From contig NC_068981.1 of the NCBI RefSeq assembly GCF_001194135.2, forward strand, positions 38,078,263 through 38,142,262: a stretch of DNA of 64,000 bases, written 5' to 3'. Positions 1-12,092 of the stretch are shown here, piece by piece (position 1 is the stretch's first letter; each line of letters starts with the position of its first letter). Origin of the DNA: Octopus bimaculoides. Its lineage: Eukaryota. The notes below the pieces were generated by a model. The model saw nothing but the letters and a program-made list of their open reading frames with translations, did no database searches and was not told where the DNA came from. Position numbers and translations under genes: made by a program.

Positions 1-1397
1 CCTTTTCAGTTGCTTCTCTAATGTTTTCTGTTTATAAAATGTCCTCCACTAGACAATACATGTCTGTTATATCCTTGGAGACATCTTTGTTAATGATGAC
101 AACTTAAGACTACTGATCTAGAAACAGAATCAGATCTCTATTTGTAGCAACTATCCTTTCACCACTAATGGAATCAGAGAACAGAATTATCTGTTTACCA
201 CTATAATTTAATCCACATCCCTTGGTACTTGACTCTACTGATTTAACTGATGGACCACACTAAATGTCTCCATATGCTACTTTACACCTTAAAGGTATTT
301 AAAATCAGAGAGAAAAATTGCAGCTGAACTATTTCCTCTTTTAATCAAGGAGTCAAAATGCTTTAACCATGATGCATTGAAACAATAAAATGTACTGAGA
401 TTTTAAAAAATACAGATCTTATTAGTGAACAAAGGTGTTCTCTTTAAACAACTTTTAAGTGAATAGTTTTCTAAAAAGTTATTAGTATCACTGAAGCTGC
501 CTGAAGCAAATTATTTTCACAGTTTCCTTTAGTGAGAAATCTTGTACTTTCATGTATACATACAATGTATATTTAATCAGACCACAACTTTAAATGTGGC
601 AGATGGCACGGCTTTCAAATATTCTTTGATTTTTATTAAATGTTTACCGCATAAAATCTAATTGAAATATTTTCATAGATTTAATATACCTAAATTCCTT
701 TTCACTTGAAATCTGAGGCACTGTGCTTATGTAAAAATCAATATATCTAGATTTCATTTATCTTCATCTTTTCTAATTTTCATTTCTACAAATTATGTAA
801 ATGTATAAATATATACTTAATAATATTCTTTGATTGTTGTCCAAAGACCTATAACCATGAGATTCTGGAAATAAATTTAATTATTGGGAGGCCTTTAATA
901 ATAACTTGTTGGTTTTATCATTTTTACCAATTAGATAGGAATAACTATTCAAATCTAATTTCTTATATTAGCACATATCTCTCCAATATTTCTATAGATA
1001 TAGGAAACACCGAAATATTTACTGGTCATATGTTATATCTTTATATTTAGAAATGAGCACAATTATTACAGAAGTATTGCAGCAAGACAGTAATTCGACA
1101 GAAACAAGATGTTCTATGGGAAGGTCACTACAATTTGTACTAATCTTACACTGCTATAAGTGATAGAACATATGAAAGGGAGTTATGCATAAATTTAGCT
1201 TTAGGCAAAATAACTTGTTCACACAATTTAAAGATAAACTGAAGATATACTTAAAGTAATACTTTTGTATTATATCTATTACATGGTAATTTCATTTTTC
1301 TAATGTTACACCTTTAAATTAACAGTCTCTTCAGTAGTTTTCCATGGTGTTTCAATTTCTGATTAGCTGTTGCTGTTATTATTTTTTGTTTCATATC

Positions 1398-1555
1398 AAG
1401 TCACCACTGACTGAACTGATCTGGGATCAGAAGCATTTTCAACTTTTCAACTCATTCACATTTTTTATAGACAGTAGTGTGATTTACAAGAGATTTACAT
1501 GCTGTTTCTTGCAGTTCAATTAACTATATAGAGGCTTCGTCCTTGGTTCATGGTT
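1398..1555. repeat. Old dispersed repeat (family C) fragment
   Basis: Degenerate match to the motif set caag..cactga..gatc..gatca.aag..ttt.cag and ..tgc.atttctagcagg seen again at ~10590-10750, ~32520-32695 (reverse) and ~55255-55445. Judged by eye only. Confidence 0.35.
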
Positions 1556-2237
1556 GTAACTAGTTGACTATAATGGCAAATATTACAGAGATAAAATAAC
1601 TATGAAGCACTATTAGTTAGGTATTAGAAAACAATGGATACTAAATTATAAATGTTAAAAAAAGATATTTCTATAATCATTAAATGTATATTGTGACTGT
1701 TTTATATGTGAAATACTTACATTTCTTGATTTATTTAAAAGTTTTTTGATGTTTAATTTGAATTTTGTGAAGCAGATATCTAAGTGGTTTCATGTTTAGA
1801 ATGACACAAGATGTATTTAAGAATGCTAAACTTAGAACGAGTAAAGAAGTCTATGATTTGAATAATTTGATTGATACTTGTTTTACATTCAGTTCAGACT
1901 GAGATTTGCAAAAACTCAAGCTAAAATGGTATCTTTTTTCTCAAGAAAGAAAACATAGGATTACTTTAAAATGGTTGAGTTTCCTCTAATACTTGTTTGA
2001 TTATTATAATAGACAATCAAAAAAACATGTACATTTAACAGAAAAAAAGATATCACAAATAACATGACTTGTATTAGATACAAACCAATACAGAGGGCAG
2101 TAGGAATCTTTACACATTATTTATTCAGAGGTTAAAATTCAATTTAATGGAGTATTCAATTTCTTGTTAATTTTAGTGTTACATGTAAAACCCAGCAGAA
2201 TTTACTTCACTAAATTTATGCAAATAATTAACTTTAA

Positions 2238-2457
2238 CCCTTTCGTTACTGTATTTATTTTGAGATGCTCTGTATTACTTTCAATTACTTTAAATATAAC
2301 AAAGAATTTAGTAAAGTAACTTAGCTATCATTTAGCTAGTGTTAGGAACATAAATTGTGACGAAGGTTTGGTGGAAGATTTTAATTCAAAACTCATGAAA
2401 ACAAGACATTTGTACTCAGCACCAGAGCTGGTTTCAGTTGGGTTGGTAATGAAAGGG
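2238..2457. mobile_element. piggyBac-type MITE (220 bp)
   Basis: TTAA at 2234-2237 and 2458-2461 flanks inverted ends CCCTTTCGTTAC ... GTAATGAAAGGG; no coding capacity. A TTAA target duplication with CCC termini is the piggyBac signature. Confidence 0.8.
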
Positions 2458-2627
2458 TTAAGACAATTTGTACGTGTTGTGGTAAGATTTGAATTTGTGA
2501 TTTTCAGTTTAAGAACCTATTAAACACTAAACATATTTGTAAACTGAGATACTGGTTGTCAAACTAAAGTTTTATCTGAAAAAGTCAGCTTTTTCCAACT
2601 AAACAAAAAATAGTAATGTAAAATGTT

Positions 2628-2670
<43 letters not shown>

Positions 2671-4842
2671 CACACCCACCCACATACAACTTTACTATAA
2701 TTGCCAAACAAAATGCAGGGAATGTAGTATTTCAGAGCAGGCCATGCTGATATGACATTAGGGAAAGAATTTATTGATGCTCTGTCTTAGAACCCATTAC
2801 ATTTGTTTTATTGTTAAACAGAGTAATCTTATAACAGACATTATTGTTAGGCAGTATTGTAGATGATAACAAGATTACTTAATATTCTATTTTCTGAACA
2901 TTGCTGAATCAGAATACAAGTGTAAAATTATGGAAATATAGATTGGAAACAAAATGTTGTAATGGAGTTTGGGGAATATATTTACACATAGCCTGCAATG
3001 TTGCTCTTTGATTTATTATGATTCATTCAGTAATCTGTACAGGTCAAAATCGTACAAGCATTAGAGTGGTCAGAATTTTAGATATCGTATATCAGCATAT
3101 ATCACAAAAATATATTGCATAGGAGAATTTTAAGAAGTTATTACATTGAAATATATTTGATATATCACATATTGATGTTGAAATCTTTCCGTTTACCATT
3201 TATTAGTATGTTCTGTAACAAACGTTTGGGAATATGTTGCTGTGAGCAGTAATTTAGATATTTCATACTGTTTGAAACTGCTTTTTTTAAAGCTGTTATA
3301 GAAATACAAGTTTTAGTACACTATAATGGTTTATATTTCATATAAGGTGTACTACAGCTGTGAAGTTGGACTACTGGAAACATAGCCATAAGTTCATTGC
3401 TATTATTGCTTTTCTGTTTGTTCCTGAACAAAGAACATAACCATACATACTTCGCTTTCCCTGACTGATAAAATTACATAGGTTTTACTTCCTATTTCAG
3501 GATTGAGATGACAGCAGTAGAAACTGCATGCATTTATAAAAGATGATGCCCAAGCTAAAAACCATTCGACACATGCATAATATTTTTTAAGAGTAGATAT
3601 AAGGCAGTAAAAATGATGTATATAGGTCATCAGTATTTTGTTGGCTTCCCCCATATAGCTATCAGTTATCTGTATATGCTTGGATGGTATCCATATTTAA
3701 CTGATAAACTGTGATAAACTGATTAATGTTTCAAAATGCTGAAGCAGCATTTTTGTCATTTCTTGAATAACAATATCACGAATGTTATTCACATTTTAAA
3801 GAGGATTTCAGTTTATAAGCAATGAAGTTCAATTAAAAAGTTAGTCTTGGAAAAATTCCAATATTAACGTCAGCCTTAGAAGTGCTTCTTAATATTCAAT
3901 TTGGAAATATGTTAAAAAGGAATGGAAAATTTTAATAGCTCCAAATAAACACAGTTCAACACCAATGATAAGTATGAATTAGCAACCTATGAAAGGAGAG
4001 CTACATGATAGATAATCAATCTTGAATTTATAACTTTTACATTCCAGGTCTTTATTTACTTTATAAATATAAGGATTATGAAACCAAGTTGATATGCCTA
4101 CAGTATTTCTAAAATATGAACTGTAGTATCAATGAATAGCTGACAGTAAGAGGGTGTACTGTGTGCAGTATGAGTGGATATACTGTCTTCACTGTATCTC
4201 AGATAAGATATACCAATTAAATTTAACAAAATATGAGCACATCATCTCTGAACTAGAATCCCAAAGAGTCCAAGATACCTTCCAGTTGGAAACTAGAGAA
4301 ACATCAACAGGTCACAATACCTGAACTCTTCAATCATGCAGTTAAATAAATCACCACAGTGTTCCTGTCAAAACAATGCAAATCAACGTTTGGATAAATA
4401 CATATACCTGAAGTTACTTCTAAGAAAGATGTCAGGGAATATACAACCACCAAAAGTGGGTAGCATCTCTTTCCAAACAGAACAATTGTTATCAATCAAT
4501 CAGCTATCAATAGAACATTCTAGATATTTTACATCCTGTTTTGTAACTGAGCAATTTGCAATTCTCTTGATATTTTACAAATTATACATAAACTATTCAT
4601 TAATTTGTTCAGGCTATGTAAGAGCTTTTACCCAGTCACTTGACCAGCTTAAAACAACAACCAAATAGTCATCAAATCAAAGTCCACCGTCTCAAACAAG
4701 GAAGGACACACTGAGTAAAATTATTTTAGATACACATCCATAATATATCAGGATGGTCATAGCTGGAATGCTTCTGATCACAGGATTACTTAATTGAGAT
4801 TTGTTTTATTAGTCAAATCTCAAGAAAGGAAACATTCTGTTA

Positions 4843-5197
4843 TTCTTTTATTCATTTATTTGTTTCAGTCATTTGAACAAATCAACCCCAGGACTTATTC
4901 TTTGTAATCCTAGAACTTATTTTATCAGCTACTTTTGGCAAACTGCTAAGTTATGAAGATGTAAATACAACAAAATCAGTTGTTGAGTGTTGGTGGGGGA
5001 GGGGGACAAACACAAACACTCAAATGTATACATACAACAAGCTTCTTTCAGTTTCTGTCTACCAAATTCACTCACAAGGCTTTGTTTGGCCTGAAGCTGT
5101 AGTAGAAGACACTTGCCCAAGGTGCCACGCAGGGGGACTGAACCTGGTACCATATGGTTGGGAAGCAAGCTTCTTACCACATAGCCGCTCCTGTGAC
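4843..5197 (-). mobile_element. tRNA-derived SINE, family A
   Basis: On the minus strand: A-box-like GGCTATGTGGTAAG, B-box-like GGTTCAGTCCC, then ggcaccttgggcaagtgtcttctact, an internal (TG)n tract and an A-rich tail. Same organisation at 7024, 34655, 45485 and 48316. Confidence 0.85.
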
Positions 5198-5239
5198 TAT
5201 AAGATTTGTAGAAATCTATGAGATTAATGAGATTGATGA

Positions 5240-6130
5240 TACTAATGTTTTGATTAAACAAGCACAAGGAGAGAATTCCAAAGAACTGGGGGAAAGGACT
5301 GGTTAGTGAGAGACCGGGACAGTTTGAAACAACATATAAGATTAAAGGAAGTGAGACGAATAAGTCAAGAGTACCTAGGTGGATATGGAGCAGAATCCAC
5401 TGCTGTGATGTAAGAAAATGACAGAGAGAAGAGACAGCAAGTCTGTGAAGAAATGACTGTAGTATATCTATGAGTGTCATCATGCCAACCATAGCCATAT
5501 GGATTTTCAAAGAACACAGTGAAGGATATCTGTGTGTGTTGGAGTAATGCCATTCTAGGTATAAGAGAAGTATTCTATTGTAGGTTTTACTCGAGCTAAC
5601 TGGAGTTTACTAGTTTTGGCTAGGATGAAATATTTTCTGGCTGTGAGAGGAATCCCACGTGCACTACTTGCATGCTTCAATTGTGTAGAGTTAAGTGTAG
5701 TGATGTTTACTTGATATGTGTAATTTTTCTTTTTCTGCTCTTGAAGGGAATACATTGCCATAATCCCACTGGAAGATGTCTTTGAGTTTTCTTCTGATGG
5801 AATCAGGGCATGTTTCATGTAAGCATCTAGACTGCATATGGATTATGATTTTGATGGAGTCAGGGCATATTTCATACGAGTGTCTAGACTGCATATGGAT
5901 TATGATTGCATGTGGAAAGTTAGAGAAAAATGAGAGGCAATATCATCTGCACAAGAGTAACCACTGCTTCAGATGATGGCCAACAGGCCTAATATAGAAG
6001 AGAAAAAGTGGCTCATGGTTAAGCACCAATAACATTTAGATGAATAAATGTAAGGTAGTGTCCACTATCAATGCAAAGGAGCTAGTTTGATGTGTAGTTT
6101 GACTTATGATCTAAGGTTGAAGAATGAACT
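5240..6130 (-). mobile_element. Decayed CR1/L2-group LINE ORF2 3' fragment
   Basis: Minus-strand translation gives PLFLFYI (~6000), GYSCADDIASHFS (YADD-like, ~5935-5965) and DILQSFLHRLAVSSLCHF (~5410-5470), resembling the CR1 C-terminal L.HRR.VSSL.LFY motif. Many stops and frameshifts. Confidence 0.6.
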
Positions 6131-7023
6131 GATCGTTATGCATTTGTAAAATACAATATTTGTTCTACACTAAAAGCATTTTTACAATATTTCATAATTA
6201 AAGTTTAATATTTAGAAGTCATGTTATTTAAATCTCCTCAAAACCATGTCAAAGATACAGAATAAAATATGTTCTCAAATCATGAAAATGTACCACTGAT
6301 GGTGTATATGGTGGTTGCGTGAAGTTTGCGATGAATCACCAGTGGTACATATGATGGTTAATGTATTAAAAATATTTATGGAAAGTGGTAGAATTATGTT
6401 CAGTGTTTATCCTGCCCCCTATTATGTTAAATACTCAGAAACATATTTGACTCAGACTTAACCAAACTGTTAGTAAATGAAAAAATTTCCCTAATGTATT
6501 TTGACAAAACCATTAAATGATGTGTCTAGGGAGTTAATTACATTGGCATAATGACTAATCCCTAGACACAACAAAATCTGTTTCAACACACAAATTCACA
6601 TAAAGAATCTTGCAAACCAGATACAAAAACAAAGTACATTAAATGATGCTCCCATTAGCATTACTATAACCTTTGTACCTTTTCACAAACGCCAGTATTA
6701 TCCATCTACCCATATTACTGTAACCCATATCACCATATAAACCATTTCCACATGATTGTATCAATGGGAAAACTATGCTGTGTAGTTAAAAATTTAATTT
6801 TCAACTAAATGGTTCTGGGTTTGATTCTGCTATATGGTACTTTAGACTTGAGGGGTAGTGTCAACGGATATAACCTATAGTGGATCAATCCTTTGTGAAT
6901 GAAATTTGGTTGATGAAGACTTCAGAAATCATTCACATATATGTATATGTATATCTTCTATCAAAGTGTATCAGTGAAAGAAGCTGACACTGGTGAGAAG
7001 ACAAAAAAAAAAGGAAAAAAAAC

Positions 7024-7378
7024 GTAAGCATGGCTGTGTGGTAACATAGTTCTGGGTTCAGTCCATTGTGTGACACCTTAGGCAAGTATCTTCTATAATA
7101 GTCTCAGGCTGACCAAAGCTTTGTGAGTGGAGTTGGTAGATGAAAATGGAAAGAAGCCTGTTGCATATATATTTATATATGTATATATATATGTGTGTGT
7201 GTGTGAATGTGTTTGTTTTTGTACTCCCAGCATTACTTGACAATCGGTGTTGGTTTGTGTATGTCCCCATAACTTAGCAGTTTAGCAAAATAGACTGATA
7301 GAATAAGCACAAGACTAAGAATAGTACTGAAAACAATTTGTTCAGCTAAAACCGTTCAGGGTGGTGTCACCAACACCA
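7024..7378 (+). mobile_element. tRNA-derived SINE, family A
   Basis: catggctgtgtggtaa..ttctgggttcagtccattgtgtgacaccttaggcaagtatcttcta..., internal (TA)(TG) tract and a 3' body matching the other family A copies. Confidence 0.85.
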
Positions 7379-9357
7379 CTATTCATCAGTATTTATGAAA
7401 TCATTAAATATATAATAACACTGAACTGATGTCTAAAATCATTGCTAATATCAGTATTGGTTTACATTGTCATCATCATTGTCATTACTATTATCGTTGT
7501 ATCATCATCATTATCATTATCATCCAAAACATCAACATTTCTTTGAAGAGATCCCTTTGTAATGAAAACATGGAAAAACAAAGACGAAACATTATGATAC
7601 AGTATGGGATTAAAAAACAGAGCTTTAAAATATATTGTCTTTGTGATATTACAGAGATGAAATAGTAATGTGTTTGCCACAGAGCTGTAGATGAAACAAA
7701 TTATATATCACTGCTATCAATAAATATGTATATGAAACATCACTTGAAATTAGTTATTACAGATAACAAGGTCAGTTAGAAGTTTAGCTTATAATTTAGA
7801 AGAAAATATCCTGTATTTTTTTATGGTGAGGACAACTTGAAAAATAAAAAGAAGTAAATAAGCAATATCACCTCGAAAAAATAAGAAGAAAAATCTAGGG
7901 GAAAATATCAATGATCTATTTTGAGATAAAATAGAAAGGCGTGCAACAAGAAAATAAATGTTAAGTACAAGAGTGTAAAGAGGAAATGTAAACCTTAGAG
8001 AAGTTTTATAGAGAATATGAAACATTGCTAATATTTAGGTTGAAATATAGTGAGATGCATGAAGTTACAGTCCTGAGTGAACATCAAATTATATCATAGA
8101 AAACTAAACTAGCATCTTGAAGCAAAGATATTGATCACATTGATTGTCAGAAAAACAGAACTGGAAGTTTTGAAAGAGTTACAATTTTCACATATCTTAA
8201 ATGATCTTTCTTCCATAGATACTTACTTTTAGCTGTAAACAAATTTACGGTAAAACTAAGTGAAAATTTACTCTCCTTTCATTGTTACAACACAAACTTG
8301 CATATATATTAGCATGTGCATGATCTTAGATGTATAACATGTGAATGCACATATGCAATATATTCAAACATATAACTGTTATATAGATAAACATATACAA
8401 TTGGATTTATGTATTTGCTGTTTCAAAAGCAGCAGTTACTAAATTAGATCTTACTTGTGAAAGCAGTCTCTACAAAACATGACTTAAAAAAAAACTCATC
8501 CATATAATGTAACACTAATATGATTTTAAGATAAAAATACAAGAAAATTATCAGTAAAAATGATTGATAATTGTAACTTTTACTTAAAATACTTTTAGAA
8601 TTGTTGGAATTTTTCACAGGTTGTTGATGTTTAATTCTGGATCAGCCACTGATCTCTGATCCAAGTTGATAGATTGGTGGAAGGGTTAAAATATTGGCTG
8701 AGATGCCTTGCAGCAGTGTTCCAGCTCTTTGCTTCTTACGTTCTTGAGTTAATCTGTCACTCAGTTTAACATCACCACCTGATCAATATGGGACAACAGA
8801 ATTTGCACAAACCTATAGTTTGAGGATAGCCTGTCTCCTTTCGTTCCATAAGTCTCATAGACTCTCAAAAATATAGGGTCATGGGCACTGCTTAAGCAGT
8901 AAAATGTCCACTAGACTTATGGCCAAAAGTTAGAACATCCCATATTTTAATATACTTTCCAATATATATGTTCCAGTGTATTCTTATTTAAGAATACAGG
9001 ATGAGAAACATGAGGGATTTAGCTGCTATACATAGTATACCACATACTAACCACCTAGTATGAGGTAACAGACATTTGGAAGCCATACCAAGCAGGTAAG
9101 GCAATATCCTATTGTGAGATACAAGGGAGATTTGGTTGCTATAGTTACCAGGTTCTGCAATCCAATAAGTTCCCATATTGGATTAAAATATTTTACAGTT
9201 TTTGATAGGGGCATTATGTAGTAAAACATTCTTTGCAAATGGAGTGCAGGACTTGAGTATTATATGCAACTGAAATTATTGTAGCTCAACTGGACTTCAT
9301 GAGAAAATATGAATCTAAGGATTTAATGATTTAATTCCAGATTGATAAAATGCATTT

Positions 9358-9560
9358 TGGTGCAAGCATGGATGTATGATTAAGAAGGTTGATTTGCCAT
9401 GACCCGGTCACTGGTTCAGTCTGTCTTTGAGGCATTTTAGGCGAGCATCTTTTATCATAGCCTCAAGTTCTGTAAGACCTTGTGAATGGAATTTAACTGA
9501 GTGAAAGTGTGAGGAAGCCCATGAAATGTGTCTATATATATGTGTGTGTGTGTGTGTCTG
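9358..9560 (+). mobile_element. Older family A SINE, 5' half
   Basis: gcaagcatggatgtatgattaagaag...ggttcagtc...ttaggcgagcatctttta.catagcctc...ccttgtgaatggaattt, ending in (TG)n. Confidence 0.55.
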
Positions 9561-9962
9561 TGATTGCATGTGTAGATTACTTAGATAAATTAGAATATAT
9601 TAGAAGGTATCTTTTAATTTATCTACTTATGTTGTTTATTCATTATGCTGAAAATGCTTTATAACTAATTATAAATTAGCTGTAAATGTCTAGCAAATAT
9701 TCAAAGAAAGACATCTAGATGTTTCTGAAACTACCCACTTCTTCATATGATGTTTAGAGGCACAGGTTCCCATGAAATCTTGCTATATATAACAGTCAGC
9801 ACAAGATGTTGAATATGATGTATATTAGGACATACAGCTTAAAAAACTTAAAAGCTTAATAACAATTTATGTAGCAACATGTGTGTGTTTTGATGTGCAC
9901 GAGTATATGTATGTGTGTGTGTATTTATTTCATGATATATGTCCATTGACATATATTGTGAT

Positions 9963-10168
9963 GCTGGGCGAAATGCCAAGCGGTATTTCATCTGCCGTTA
10001 TGTTCTGAGTTCAAATTCCAGCAAGGTTGACTTTGCCTTTCATCCTTTCGGGGTTGATTGAATAAGTACCAGTTACGCACTAGGGTCAATGTAATCGACT
10101 GAAACGTTTTGTCTGTCCTTGTTTGTCACCTCTATGTTTAGCTCCCTGTGGGCAATAAAGAAATAAAA
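9963..10168 (+). mobile_element. tRNA-derived SINE, family B (5'-clipped)
   Basis: B-box-like gagttcaaattcc followed by the core gttgactttgcctttcatcctttcggggttgat..aataagtaccagt (resembles the Deu/Nin-type SINE core as I recall it; unverified), with a caataaagaaataaa end. Reverse copy at 24944-25171. Confidence 0.8.
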
Positions 10169-10589
10169 TATCTTCAACTAAAAATACCCTGTGTGGTTTT
10201 TGCTTCACCCTAGTTACACAAACTATCCTATCTCACTTTGACCATTAGATATGTCATGAACCTTTAATACATGACATGACATTATATATTATTCACTGTG
10301 TATAAAATAATTAATAAATTATCATGAAATACTCTAATTTACTTCCATACAACATCAACATCTTATGCCTCATTAAAATATCAATATACTAATACTTGTT
10401 TTCCAGTCAAGTATTAGATAAATAAAACTGAAAATATTTATGAATTGATGCAGCCCATATCACATCTTAAGTCCCCTTCTGATTGTAACAACTTAATAAT
10501 AAAGGGAAAGGATACATACTTACATCAACTTTAAATAAAGTAAGCTAAATTGTACCTACTTAAGTACTGATACTTGTTGCTCTACAGCA

Positions 10590-10750
10590 CTTATTCTGCT
10601 CTGTACAAACAGACTTATGATCAAAGTTATTTCAGCACTGACAATCTATTCTTTCTACGTGTAGGTCTACATGATCTAATTCCCTTCCATCTTTTAAGGT
10701 GGTAAGTTGTGACTTATGAGTGGACTGACTGTTATTTCTAGCAGGTTGAA
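10590..10750. repeat. Old dispersed repeat (family C) fragment
   Basis: cagacttatgatcaaagttatttcagc ... tgttatttctagcaggttgaac, shared with 55255-55445 (cagaccaacgatcaaaggtgctccagc ... gctatttctagcagttt). Confidence 0.4.
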
Positions 10751-11201
10751 CACTAACTTTGAGAATTTCTTTCACTAGAACATTCAATAACGCATGTTAC
10801 TCTACCAATGCTTGGCATGTAGCCAATGGTTACCTAGAAGCTTGGCAGACCAGATACTGGTACTTTTAGTAAATTAATATAACTGAAACAATTTTTTCTG
10901 AAAATAAATATCAGACACTTCACTTGCTTGTTTTGTTTTGTATTTTTTAAGTACATAAAAAAAGCTCATTCTTACCTATATCTGAAACTATTAATCTTCC
11001 AAAGAGATAGAACAGAATGATTAATATATGGTTCATTGAAAGAGAATGTATTACAAAGAGAGGAGTGGGAAGTTCCCTCTCTTTCATTTGTCTGTCTGTC
11101 TCTCTCTCTTTCTTTCTCTCTCTCTCTTTCTCTCTCTGTCTTTCTTGCTTTCTCTTGCATTCCCTACTACCCATTAAAAAAAATATTTTGTAATGTTCAT
11201 A

Positions 11202-11257
11202 AAATTCAATTAGTACTTTCATACGTTCGTAGTAATCATCAGATTTCAAAATGAATT
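11202..11257 (-). ncRNA. Candidate minimal type I hammerhead ribozyme (orphan)
   Basis: Minus strand: AAAUUC-auuuuga-AAU CUGAUGA U-UAC-uacgaac-GUA-U GAAA GUAC UA AUU-GAAUUU. Both core boxes are exact, stem III is the palindrome AGUACU, the triplet is CUA, and stem I is 3 bp plus a 7-nt bulge plus 6 bp. The base of stem II is a U-U mismatch instead of the usual G-C. Confidence 0.35.
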
Positions 11258-11324
11258 TAACTGACAGTTGAGTTCTTGACAACTATAGTAAAATGACTGA
11301 CTTCTTTCTTTTTGTACCTTTTAG

Positions 11325-11377
11325 AAGGCTCCAAAAAGCCGAATTTTTGGAATGCAGTTTTGACCAAACTGGTCATG
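11325..11377 (+). other. Candidate exon (53 nt), product unknown
   Basis: Branch-like GACTGAC at 11295-11301, pyrimidine tract cttctttctttttgtacctttt, AG at 11323-24, donor CATG|gtatgc. Two frames are open (RLQKAEFLECSFDQTGH; GSKKPNFWNAVLTKLVM). No protein family recognised. Confidence 0.35.
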
Positions 11378-11875
11378 GTATGCCAGGTGTACCGATGTTA
11401 CGGGCATAGATCCCACCTTTATTTTAACCAGTTAGCTTGCGGTTTACATGTAATGGTTTTATGACTGAGCAAACTTAGTTGGTTTCGATCATTTTTATTT
11501 CATTTTGTGGGAGTCTTCTATAATTTGTTTATATTCATATTTTAGAAATATTTATTAATCTACAACATTAACTGGTTGTTATATTATTGTTATTATCTCT
11601 GTACAAAACAGGTTTGAACATTTTAATAAAGCGTTTTTCTTTTCTTTCTTCCAACCTCACTTGTGCCATGTAGTTTGTGGAAAAGAAAAATTAGAAACAT
11701 TTTCTGACCACATGTTTCTATATGTTTGCTTAACAGAATTTAGTGAACATTAGTGTTCCAGATTTGTTGTCTGTGGACTCGAGAGTATTCCAGTAATGCC
11801 TTCCCTGTTTCACCAGCATATAGTTCCTAATAACTTGGACATTTAAAACAGCAGATCAAATTTCTGCTTTTGCAG

Positions 11876-11932
11876 CTCATATCTACATTTTCGAAAATCT
11901 GTCCGTTTTTTTTTGTTCTAATGGATCTACAA
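11876..11932 (+). other. Candidate exon (57 nt), product unknown
   Basis: tttctgcttttgcag| acceptor and ACAA|gtatgt donor. Two open frames (LISTFSKICPFFFVLMDLQ; HIYIFENLSVFFCSNGST). Confidence 0.3.
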
Positions 11933-12092
11933 GTATGTATGTGTTAACACATTCCACATTTGTTATCATTACACTTGGATACTGAGATGTTTTATCCTGT
12001 TGGTTCATGTTGAATTTTGCCTTTGTTAATAGTTTCTTTAGGTTATGTGGTTGTCGTTTTCTTAAGATAAGTGTTCAATTAGTTATTACATC

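Noticed and set aside
1-300. Minus-strand near-open frame (…GPSVKSVESSTKGCGLNYSGKQIILFSDSISGERIVATNRDLILFLDQ*S*…)
   Set aside because: Four stops, no motif I can assign and truncated by the window edge. It could be a decayed coding relic; it needs a TBLASTX search.
3403-3720. ORF 3403-3654 (-) and a possible + strand acceptor at 3500 (IEMTAVETACIYKR*)
   Set aside because: No recognisable homology, no partner exon, and the competing short frames are what AT-rich DNA gives by chance.
4336-4668. 110-aa + strand ORF
   Set aside because: No domain. The opposite strand reads QDVKYLECSIDS*L, which looks more like a decayed LINE RT KYLG motif, but it is too short to call.
7345-7392. Minus-strand CUGAUGA followed by a 7-bp hairpin
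   Set aside because: No proper GAAA, stem III or stem I, and the hairpin lies in the known family A SINE tail.
9045-9101. TACTAAC plus a perfect CAG|gtaagg donor
   Set aside because: No pyrimidine tract, the larger exon versions are closed in all frames, and the region overlaps old family C repeat motifs.
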